NCBI GenBank assembly: GCA_013239625.1
Contig: MU053652.1
Coordinates: 5,881,902-5,945,901, forward strand
DNA from: Lama guanicoe
Lineage: Eukaryota
Direction: 5' to 3'
Length of the DNA stretch: 64,000 nucleotides
Below are positions 50,686 to 61,180 of this stretch, piece by piece; position 1 is the stretch's first letter, and each line of letters opens with the position of its first letter. Below the pieces are notes generated by a model that made no database searches, was not told the DNA's origin, and worked only from the letters and a program-made list of their open reading frames with translations. Made by a program: the position numbers and the translations under genes.

Positions 50686-51940
50686 TAGAGAGCAAAGATA
50701 AACCCATGCATATATGGTCAATTGATTTATGACAAAGGAGCAAAGAATATACAGTGGGGAAAGGACAGTCTCTTTAATAATGATGTTGGGAGCATTGGAT
50801 AGCCACATGCAAAAGAATAAAACTGGACCGCTATTTTATACCACCCACCAAAATCAACTTTAAATGGATTAAAGATTTGAACATAAGACCTGAAACCATG
50901 AAACTTTTAGAAGAAAACATAGGCAGAAGGTTTCTTGGCAACAATTTTTTTTTTGAGTCTGACACCAAAAGCAAAAGCAATAAAAGCAAAAATAAACAAG
51001 TAGGACAACATCAAACTAGAAAGCTTTTGCACAGCAAAAGCAACCACCAACAAAATGAAAAGGCAACCGACCGAATAGGGGGACATAGTTGCAAATTACA
51101 TATTGGTTAAAGGGCTAATACCCAAAATATATAAATAATTCATAAATCTCAATAAAACTCAGCAAAATTCAGACAATCCAATTTAAAATGGGCAGAAATC
51201 TGAATAGACATTTTTCCAAAGAAGACATACAGATGGCCAACAGGTACACGAAAAGGTGCTTAACATCATTAATCATCAGGGAAATGCAAATGAAAGCCAC
51301 AGTGAGTTGTCACCTCACAGCTGTCAGAATGGCTATTATCGAAAAGGCAAGAAATAACAGGTGTTGGTGAGGATGTGGAAAAAAGGGAGCCCTGTGAGTT
51401 GTTGGTGGGAATGTAAGTTGGTACCACAATGGAAAATCGTATGCATCTTCCTCAAGAGATTAAAAACAGAAATGCCGTATTATCTAGCAGTTCCACTCTG
51501 GATATTTATTTAAAGAAAACAAAAATACTAATTGAAAACATATATGCACCTCCTTCTTTACTGCAGCAGTATTTACAATAACCATGATATGGAAACAACC
51601 TAAGTGTCCACCTATGGATAAATGGATAAAGTAATTGTGATGTATATAATATACATGTATGTATAATAGAATTTATTCAGTCATAAAAAAAGAATGAAAT
51701 CTTTCCACTTGTGACAACATGGATGGACCTTCAGGGCATTATGCCAAGTAAAATAAGTCTAACAGAGAAAGACAAATACTGCATGAGCTCTCTTATATGC
51801 GGAATCTAAAATACAATGACAACAAAACCAAGCTCATAGATAGAACAGATTGGTGATTGCAAGAGGCGAGGGTTAGGGGGTGGAAGAAGTGGGCGAACTT
51901 TTTTTCTAGTTTAAATAAATCAAGTAAAAAAATTTTTTTA
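50686..51940 (+). mobile_element. Decayed 5'-truncated L1 (ORF2 C-terminus plus short UTR)
   Basis: Broken ORF2 peptides ([27 protein letters not shown]...CW). Degenerate TSD aacagaaaagtcat (50672-50685) vs aaaagaaaactcat (51941-51954). Confidence 0.92.
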
Positions 51941-52164
51941 AAAAGAAAACTCATATATTAAAAATTGATTCTTCATAGAGAAGCTGAACAAACAAGACTG
52001 TCATAGAAAGTCAAAGGCCAAATGTTGACCAGACACTTAGAGCAGAGGTGTAAAGGAGACAGGTCTATCCAAGGACCTGGTAGCAGGTTTATATCTGAAT
52101 CTAAATCCGTTATGCTGTACCTGGGCACAGTCTTTATTGTTTAGATGAGCTATAATGAAAAAAT

Positions 52165-52390
52165 TAAGACAGTTTGGATAGACAGACCTAATTTAGAGTC
52201 TTGGCTTTACAGCTCACTACGTCTGTGGTAACAGGCAGGTTTTTAACCTTTCTGAGACTCGGTTTCCTTATAAAAAAATGGGAATAATAGAACTTGCTTT
52301 ATAGAATTAGCACAGGGATTATGTAAAAACATATCCAACTTGTCTAGCATGGTGTTTGCTCACAATGGACCCTGGTAAATGTTATCTCTT
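52165..52390 (+). mobile_element. MIR SINE
   Basis: gacagacct...ttaacctttctgagactcggtttcctt...aaaatgggaataatag. Confidence 0.8.
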
Positions 52391-52680
52391 CTTTGTAGTT
52401 TCTAAAAAGGAAGGCTGTTTATGAAAATTTGTAGACTAGAAGCATTATGTCTAAATGTTTCCTTTATCATATCTCCCTGTTTTCTACTCAAGTCCTTGAT
52501 GCTAGTAACATAATTTGGGGAGTAAAAATAAACCACTGAGAACAGAATCCAAAAAGCAGACTTGTTAGAAATAAATTTAAAGTGCATCTCAGGCTATGAT
52601 TTTCACACTGGTTCTAAATATATCAAATTTCTATTTATAATTTTTCTCACAAAATGTGTTTTGGTATTTAAAGCATGTGA

Positions 52681-52785
52681 TGAAAGTTTAAAGATGAAAA
52701 TATTTTCAATTCTTTTTTGCATTTGCATGCATTGAAAGTTTAAAGATGAAAATATTTTCAAAAAAATTTTTTGCATTTGCATACA
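52681..52785. repeat. Tandem duplication, 2 x ~52 bp
   Basis: tgaaagtttaaagatgaaaatattttcaa...ttttttgcatttgcat starts at 52681 and again at 52733. Confidence 0.95.
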
Positions 52786-54439
52786 GGGGTAATAATGGGA
52801 GATGCCAACTGTTTCTCAAGGTGAAACCAGAGCTGGTTACCAAAACAGACCTATGGTGATTACAGGACCAGAACTCCACTTTTGTCTTGGAACGTTTTCT
52901 AGGTCCATATAGGACTCACACTAAATCGTGAGCTATAATTTAGTTTATATGTGATGTTGAAGGACACCACAATTTATATTAGTTAGATTGAAAAAAAAAA
53001 AAGACTTCGAACAAATCTGCTCCCTTTCTGTTCTAAGTTCCTAGTCAAAAGCCACAATTTTTGATCTTAGGTGACAGTGTGTATGAGTTCTGCGTAATGA
53101 ATACTGATGTCTTATTGATTGTTTAGGAAGTGATGAAATACAGCCACAGGTTCCAGATTTATGAGAGTTTCGAAATGAACACTTACCGCATCTTGGATCT
53201 GTTGTTTCAACACTGTCTAGTGCAGTTAGTCTCAGATGTCCTATTTCCTCTATTATGGAAATTATCCTACCAGTCTGAGTGGAGAGAAACAAAAAACAAA
53301 ACACCCCTACTGACTTTACCTTTTATGTACACATATTTGAACATAAAAATAGAAGGCATAGCTTTAGTTTATTTGACAAAAGTTTTCCCAGCTGTACTTT
53401 ATTATATCCCATAATAGTTTCCTGGAGTGGCACTTCATAGAATATTAGAGCAGAGGGGATGGAGACTTTCTGCACAGCTGGTTGGGATTATTTATTGATG
53501 TATGCCCTTCTTTAGAAAGAAGCTTGATTCAGGTTGGTTTAACAAACGTTGATGTTCATCTAAGACGTATTTGGGCACCATATTATGCCCAGTTGGTATT
53601 CAGAGGAGGCAGATACAGCCCCTGCCCTTCGTGAGGTCTCAAGATTATGGGGAGAGAAAATAATATTTAGAAACAAGCTGTAAATCAAGAATGATGACTG
53701 AAAGATGAATCCTGCTTATTCATTAAACGCAGTTTGCAGCCTCTGTGTTTACTGATTCCTGGTGAGGACTTGGAATGAGTGGACAGTTTGCCTCCCTGAA
53801 GGTGTCTGATGGAAGCAGAGACTGATTGAATTAATTGGAAGGCAACAAGAGAGGTCATCTTGTCTGGTCCCTGTCCCTATGAAGGATGGCATAGAAACTC
53901 TCCCAGACAGATTGCGACCTGCTTTAATCAGCCACTGGCATTATACCTACGCCTGTGCCGTGACCCCTAAAATTGGGCAGAGAAGTGAAAGACCCAGTCA
54001 GTCACCCAGAGGATGGACCACGTTGTACAGAGGACACAATTGTGTTCATTTTTCATCTGGGTGTCCAATACTACACAAAGATACCCTGAAATTTTCATTT
54101 AAAGGATATCTATCTTTTACTCAAGGCACTTCTGATTTTCTTTTTTTAATTTAAGCTTCTGTTATAAAATCCTTTGCTTTTACATTTTTGGCATTTTCAA
54201 CCAAAAAACATTGTTCCTTGAATGTTGTTGGTTTCCACCAATACTCTTGTCAAATTGGTATGAGAGAGAACCTTACTTTAACTCATACCTTCTTGCTATG
54301 CATTTCTTCCCACAATTCATTTGATTAACTCTTTTCAGGCTTTTAATTCCTCATGGGCAGACTCATTTACTGATCCCCTCAACTTTTACTTATCCTCAAT
54401 GGAGTTAATTACAAACGGAATAAGAATGCAGCTGAAAAG

Positions 54440-54840
54440 AGGCAACATGATATAAAGGGAAGAGTCATGGGATTAAGTGGTTAAAGTTCTATTCTTGGCT
54501 CTGCCTCTTTGGGAGCTGTTGGACCTGGAAAAATCATTCAGTGTTCCTCTACCCTTGTTTCACCATTTTTAAACTAAGAAGATTGGCCTAGGTCAGTGAG
54601 TTTCCTTTTTTTTTTTTTTGTTTTTGACTTTGCTGCAGATTCATAATTTGTTGTCTATGGCAACCCAACATACACTTTGTAACTGAAATAAGTTTCAGGA
54701 AACAGTATTTCCCATTACTATATGCAATGCACTTGATTTCTGCCTATTTTCTTTATTTTAAAGATATGCTGTTTCTGACTTACTACATTGATTTTAAGAA
54801 CCACTAGGAGGTCGTGTCATGAAGTTTAAAAACAGCAAAT
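54440..54840. mobile_element. MIR fragment followed by hAT-Charlie (Charlie4-like) element (~54595-54838)
   Basis: MIR attcttggctctgcctct. Charlie-like end acattgattttaagaaccactaggaggtcgtg...agtttaaaaaca. Confidence 0.55.
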
Positions 54841-55109
54841 GGGGTGAGTTTTACGGTGGCTTTAGCACGAGCATTCCTATTTCATTAACTACAAGTTCTG
54901 GGGCTCTTCTATCCCTAGGCCTTTGCCATCACTGTCACCTGCCATTTGTGCTCCCCTACTTCCCATTCTCACCTAACTCGCTCCTGTTTCTCCTTTAGAT
55001 CTTAGTCCTAGTGTCATTCCATGGCATCAGGGACTAGGTGAGTTCTGTTTACCATTGCATCCAGCTCAGTGCTTAATATATCACACAGGCTTAATGAATG
55101 ATGTTAATA

Positions 55110-55400
55110 AAGGTGATGATAAGAATGACAACATCCCCTTATATCACACTTACTATTTCCAACACGCTCTTCAGACTGCTTTAAATATATTAGCTCATTT
55201 AATTATGGCAACCTCTATAGGATGAGATACTATTGATATCTCCATTTTACAGATAAGGAAATTGAGGCATAAGATATTGGGGGACTTAATCAAATTCCCA
55301 TAAATGTAAATAATGTAAATGATGTAGTAAATGATGGTCCTGAGATCTGAGCACAGGAGGACTGGCTGCAGAACTGTTGTTCCCAATCATTGAACTAAAT
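55110..55400 (-). mobile_element. MIR SINE
   Basis: ctcatttaatt...ccattttacagataaggaaattgaggc core. Confidence 0.8.
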
Positions 55401-55617
55401 TACCCTTTTCATGGTTATTGAATGAGTATGTGAATGTATATCCTGGGTTTAAATTGTGATTTCTTTTTTTGTGTAATTGGAAAAGTGTTGCACATTATAG
55501 AAGGTTAAGTATTTTCCAGCCCCACATAACAAATAATGGTGTCCATTTCTTCACTATATAATTTGCCAGATGTCCTACATTATCTCAATCCTCACAACAA
55601 CAAGCATGCAACATAGG

Positions 55618-56083
55618 TGTTGGGCCAACTGACATTGTTCAAAGTTCAATGACCCCCATTTCTGCGCTCTCAGATAAAGTACATTCTTAACTGGGGGTGT
55701 TTCCCTTAGAATCAGAAAGTTGTGGTTTTTTTTGGTTTTGGGTTTTTTTTTTTTTAATAAACAACATTTATTTCTCACAGTTCTGGAGGCTGGAAAGTCC
55801 AAGACAAAGGTGGCAGCAGATTCAATGTCTGGTGAGGGCCCTCTTCCTGGTCCACACACAGCTGTCTTCTCACTGCATCCTCACACAGCAGAAGAGGCAA
55901 GGGAGCTCTCCAGGGTCTCTTTTATAAGGGCACTAATCCAACTCATGAGGGCTCCATCCTCATGATCCAGTTGTTGTGGGCTATTAGTTTGTTAGGGGAA
56001 ACACGCCCAGTAAAGAATGTACTTTATCTGAGAGCCCAGAGATGGGGGTCATTGGACTTCAAAGGACATTAATTGGCCCAACA
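55618..56083. mobile_element. Unclassified foldback/MITE-like element: 91 bp TIRs, TG...CA ends, 5 bp TSD
   Basis: 55618-55708 vs reverse complement of 55993-56083: 77/91 identical, ungapped. Flanks ATAGG (55613-55617) and GTAGG (56084-56088). Confidence 0.85.
55726..55972 (-). mobile_element. Polyadenylated partial MLT1A LTR copy (retrocopy-like)
   Basis: MLT1A sequence runs to AATAAA (55772-55767), then 11 nt, then an A-rich tail (55755-55726). U5 is missing. gttgtgg occurs at 55719-55725 and 55973-55979. Confidence 0.8.
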
Positions 56084-56299
56084 GTAGGTATAAATTTCCA
56101 TTGTATGAGTAAAGGATAAGAGATTCAAGAGGCATGGTTTCAAATTTTCATCTGTCCGATCTCAGAGCCCATGCTTTTTGGCATTTTTGTTTTGTAGAAG
56201 AGAGGATGTAATCCGGGCCTTCTTGGATGTGTAGAGTTTAAATTAGGGGAGAAGAAAATGTTGAGCCTTAAAGGTGAATTGAAATTTATGAATTATACC

Positions 56300-57270
56300 C
56301 TGAATAACCAATTAAAAATAAAATTAAAAATTCTATTCCATAAAGCTTGAAAACGCAAAATACTGAGGAATTACTTAAAAATAAATGAGGGAGTGACATA
56401 TCTTTCTGAGTGAGGATTCCAAAAGATTTGAGTGGTTGGAGATCTTGTGTCCCCAAATGGGAAGACTGAATAGTGCAGCTAAGTCAAGTCTTCTGCAACT
56501 AATTTTAAAAATTGATGCAATTCTAATAAGAGCTTCAATTTTTCGAACAATTTTAAATAATTCTAAGGTTTATTAGAGAAAATAATTAATAATTTAAAAA
56601 ATAAAGGTACTGATAGAATTTGCATGAACAGATGGTACAACTTATTACAGAATTATAATAATTATAAAAAAGGGAGTATTGATGTATTAAGAGACAAGTG
56701 ACTTAGAACAGAAACTCTGTGTGTGTGTGTGTGTGTGTGTGTGCATGTGTGTGTGTGTGTGTGTGTATGTGTGTGTGTATATATATATATCTCCAAGAAT
56801 ATATAGGAGTCTATGTGTTTAAAATGACTTTATATAAATTGATAGAAAAATATTCATTCAATTGTCTGGGAGAATTGGTTCACAGTTTAGAAAACCTAAA
56901 GTTAGATTTCTACTTTGGACCAAATGTCACATTAAGTATCAAGAGTTAAATGCAAAAATCTGAATCCATTAAGTGAATCACAATACAAGAATTATAAAAA
57001 CCATGTTTTCTTACAATGTCAGGAATTTCTCACTATAGGTGAAGTGCATATTGCATATTTATTAAAAAGTATACACATAATTATCTTAATTTTTAAAAAT
57101 AAAGAGGGAAGGAGGAGTGCTATAAGGCAATAGACCAATGTGCAAATGGTGGTTAACATGGTGGGCTATTATATATTCCTTCTTTTTTTCTTTATACTTT
57201 TCCCCCAAACATTTCTACAAAGACTGTGATTTGTTTCTGTAGCTAAAAAAACCCCACATTTTTTAAAAGG
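56300..57270 (+). mobile_element. Highly decayed L1ME-like fragment
   Basis: aaaatactgaggaatt, atgggaagactgaatagtg, tattcattcaattgtctgggagaattgg, aaagttagatttctactt. Confidence 0.6.
56718..56790. repeat. Compound (TG)n(TA)n microsatellite
   Basis: Directly visible. Confidence 0.95.
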
Positions 57271-58925
57271 TAAATCTTAAGCCATATCATAGGATTTGTA
57301 ATGATAAGAATTACTTACTTTGTCACAGGAGACCAGGCATAGAAATTCTACCCATTGAAGGGGAAATTATTAAAGGAAATTTTGAATTCTTCAATGGAGA
57401 AGCGTTAATATGCTTTAAAGAGAAAAACTCAACTATTAACTCTGCTATTAATCAACAGTTTTACACACTATTTTGCATCAAAATTTGTCTCCAGTGTGTA
57501 TGATCTAAGATAATTATGTAGAAAAATGCAACTGTTTGAATTTAATCAAATGCCTTTTCTTCGTTTGGGGACCTAGGGATTTATCTGTGAATTAACTTTC
57601 TCTTCTGAATGTCTTTCTTTTAAACTGGTGGTTTTGCCTGAAGATACACTCTTAATCTTATTTGCCACTTACCTTAGCTTCTTCAGTGTTTTAAAAAAAC
57701 CCTAGGGCATTTGCATGGGAAAATTTAACACTGAAGGGGACACCTGGCACCTGCCTGAAGCGTCTTCCATTCCTGCCAGGCACAAAGGGAAGAAGTTACT
57801 GTGGGCTGCTGTAGCACTCTTCACTAGTTGATTTACAAGTGTCTCCTGACATGTCCTCAGGCAGCTGAGAGCCTCCCATTCTTGGGACCACATTTAAATT
57901 ACAGAAGAAGATGGAGAGCAGGTGATTTTCAGCAGAGAACCCTTATCTTCTCATTTTCTCTGCCCTTTGTAAATAGATAAGGCAAGGCTCAAATTAGTTC
58001 CTTAGTCTAATACATCTGTTTATACAGTTCCTTGAAGAAGCCTACTGTAGAATCTGCAAAGCAGGACCTTACGTGCGGAATTCTCTTTTGAGCTTGGTGT
58101 TATGTTCCTAGAGAAATCCTCTAGACATATAAATACATACACACAAATACACTCTTACTCTCCAAAGTGAAAATGCTCTTCTAATTTTTAGAAATATCAG
58201 TTTATAAGCCTTAATAGTTTTGGCTTTCATCACAAATATCCAATCATCTTGCTTATGAATTCCAGCCATTTTATGCCAATTTTATCTTAGATGTATGGTT
58301 GAAATTCACAAACAAAAACTATACTTTTTTTGTAGTTCAGAAAAATGCTTAAAATGTTATAGAAATGTCTTTCCCCTTTTCAGCACACTTCAATATAGAT
58401 ATTGTCATTTGTTAGTATTTTTGTAAGAGTATATATAATATTTTACAATATTAAGTTTTAATTCCTGCTTCATTAGAGATTCACACGCACACACAAACAC
58501 TGACACAGACACACAAACTCACACACACACAATTTCTGCTTACTACTTAACTTAGGAAACAAGCCAATCATGGGTCCAATTCTGAACATTAAACAAGAGT
58601 TCAGAGAAGTGAAAGTTAAGCCTGATTTGGGAGAATCAAAGAAAATTTCACAGAAGAGGAGGAAGTTAAGTAGTAAATGGCAGAGGTGGTGGGTCAAACC
58701 TGATTTTACCATTTACTGCTATAGCTATGTGCTCTTGGGTAAATTACTCAACTTTTTGAGTCTTAGTTCCTTTATCTATAAAAAAAAAGGAGTAATAATA
58801 ATTTAGAATCAAAGAAAAGATATCTGCTAAGAGTCCTGCCCATTTAAGTTATTTATGCCCCCTCCACTTCCCTTTCACTTCTCCATAATTGATTTTCCAT
58901 AATTGATTCCTTTAACCATTGGATC

Positions 58926-59428
58926 TGTAAATGAAAAACGTTGCCTGCCATATCAGTAAACAAAGGATGTTACGGCCATCAAGTCATCAGCCACTACTGC
59001 CTCCCCAGACAGTGGAGGGAACTCAGGATGGAGAAAAGTAGGCAGCCAGGCCTCTGCTGCCCCTCAACAGTGCTCCCTGAGGGAACTCAGGATAGGAAAG
59101 AACAGGACACTGGCCCTAGTGAGCTAGGTGCATATCAAAGGAATGATTTCAGTGAGCCCAGACTGTTGCTCCTTTCCATACATAGAAAAGTGCTAAATTC
59201 CTTAACTTGAGATACCTGGTTTTCTTTTATTAACAATAATCTTTTTATGTTCTGACTCCCTGGTATCTGTTGCCAAAACTCCTATATATTCTGGCTCCTC
59301 CCTTGCCTCTTCGGAGCAGTCCCTCAGAGAGATCTGAGAGGCTACCTCCTGGGCTCGAGTCCTCAGAAATTCTACCAAATGAAACATAACTCTCAACTTT
59401 TAGGTAGTGGATGTTTTTTCAGTTGACA
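58926..59428 (+). mobile_element. Solo ERV1 LTR (MER41-like), 503 bp
   Basis: TG...CA ends and perfect 4 bp TSD GATC (58922-58925, 59429-59432). TATA-like cctatatat at 59281. End ataactctcaactttt...ttttcagttgaca. Confidence 0.9.
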
Positions 59429-59514
59429 GATCTAAATCAAAAGAGGACTGAAAACTTCTCTGCTTTGTGAGGAACCAGATTCCATACAAAGCTCAAGTCT
59501 AAGAATAATGACAA

Positions 59515-59932
59515 TGTAGGGACTCGGTGGCTGGTCAGGCCATTCAAGGTGGCTGTTCTCTTGCTCTCTGTACATCCCCTGCTCTACCAGTCCCTTCTTC
59601 ACTCCATGACTATCCAATCGTCATAATTATGGGGCTTAACTAGTAACTGCCTGCGTGCTTGCCCCCAGCCCCAGCTGCTGGTTTCCCAGGTTACTGATGA
59701 ACCAACCTGACGCCAGTTCCCCCTGTGAATGGTAGCCTCCTTCTCCCCCAGGGAGGAAACACTGCGGCCATGTCCTGACTGCTGCAAGTGGTGGAGAGTA
59801 ACTCTAGGACGTTTTGCTTAAGATCCACTGTCCAATAAACCATCAATGTCTCTGTTGCTGTCTCCAGACTCTTTCTTCAGTCTCGGGACTGGGCAACTAC
59901 AGGGCTTGCAGGCTTGGGGGTGCAGCCCAATA
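59515..59932 (+). mobile_element. Second solo LTR (family uncertain, ERVL-like)
   Basis: Starts tgtagggactc, has AATAAA near 59834, and ends gggtgcagcccaata. No clear TSD. Confidence 0.6.
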
Positions 59933-60149
59933 CTCAGTTAATCAGTCTGAGCATGCAGGAAGAAACATCCAGGCTGAAATTCAGTATTTTATGTTTTGTT
60001 AGTGCAGAATTCCAGGTCTTCATGGTTGCCCAGTTACTGGGTACTCCAGACTGTTTTGGAGACTTGACTTGAGTGGCATTTTTCAGTCACACCCTAATGC
60101 AATCTTCAAGTGATCTTAGACAGTGTAAGAAGCAAACAGGAATAGGGAG

Positions 60150-60330
60150 CATGCCCTAGAATCCAGAATTTTAGAACTGAGGGACCCAGATTGATCATCT
60201 TGTTTACTCCTCCAGTTTCTTCTGAGAAGTCAATAAATACCAGAGGGATCATGACTTGACCAAGGACACAAAGTCAGTTGGTCACTGTTATAACTAGAAC
60301 ACAAGTCTTTGACTTCTTAAGCCATTGTTC
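60150..60330 (-). mobile_element. MIR-type fragment
   Basis: agaattttagaactgagggacc...cagagggatcatgacttgaccaaggacacaaag. Confidence 0.65.
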
Positions 60331-60639
60331 TTAAGGCAGCACAGCATAAGGTGCTTCACTCCAAGGCGGCATAAATCATTGCAGTGTTACAAGTAAATGA
60401 TCAACTGTATCACTATTGCATGATTACTCTAAACGTTTGGACCTTTATTCTGCAAGTAATTCAACATCTTTATATAAAGTCCAGACTATATTAAAGGGTG
60501 TAATCAACACTACAGAATCTTAAAAATCAGTCCTTTTAACTGTCATAATTGGAAACTTATTGTTCATTTGATCTTCCAAATTCTGTCAATGGGGCCAGTA
60601 TTCTACAACCTAGCCTCAAAACCCTTGAGATGTTGGTTG

Positions 60640-61180
60640 CCTCCAACTCTTACTTTCATATTTAATCTCATGTCCAAATACCATCAGTTTGACATCTGAA
60701 ATATATTTTCTCTCATTCTTTTTCTTCTTTACTGTTTCAGCCTATTTCTGCCCTGCCTCCCAACTTGGATCTCTACCTTCAACTTATGTTTGTTTCAATT
60801 TACTTTACACATCACTCCCAGAAATAATTTTAAGTTCCAGTCTTGGTCCTCCGTTTCCAATTGAACAATATTCAGTATTTAAACCTAGCATTTAAGATGC
60901 TCTCTGATCTGATCTGAGCTGCTAAATTGAAAAAAAAAACCCATTATTTAATATCACTACTGCAGCCTAACTTGAGTTGGCATCTTACCTGAAGCTTGGA
61001 GGCTGAGAAGGAGACATCTGTGAAGGTGTGAAGAAAGTTACAGAATGAACATCTAAGTGAAGTCTTGTGGTTTGAGGATCTCAGGTTATATTCGAGGACC
61101 TGATGGTGGAGCAGAGAGAAGTAGGGGTGCTACCAGCAGATAAGGCTGGAGTGATGGGGACTCCATCATGGAGGTCCCTG
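60640..61180. mobile_element. L2 fragments (two orientations)
   Basis: aaacctagcatttaagatgctctctgatctg (sense-like) and agaatgaacatctaagtgaagtcttg (antisense-like). Confidence 0.45.

Larger units (their letters stand above)
55540..56180 (-). mobile_element. MIR SINE interrupted by the TIR element
   Basis: aatcctcacaacaac before 55613 and gtaggtataaatttccattg after 56083 rejoin into the MIR core. Confidence 0.65.

Noticed and set aside
58926..59428. Interferon-responsive GAS sites as in some MER41 elements
   Set aside because: I found no TTCNNNGAA in this LTR by eye.
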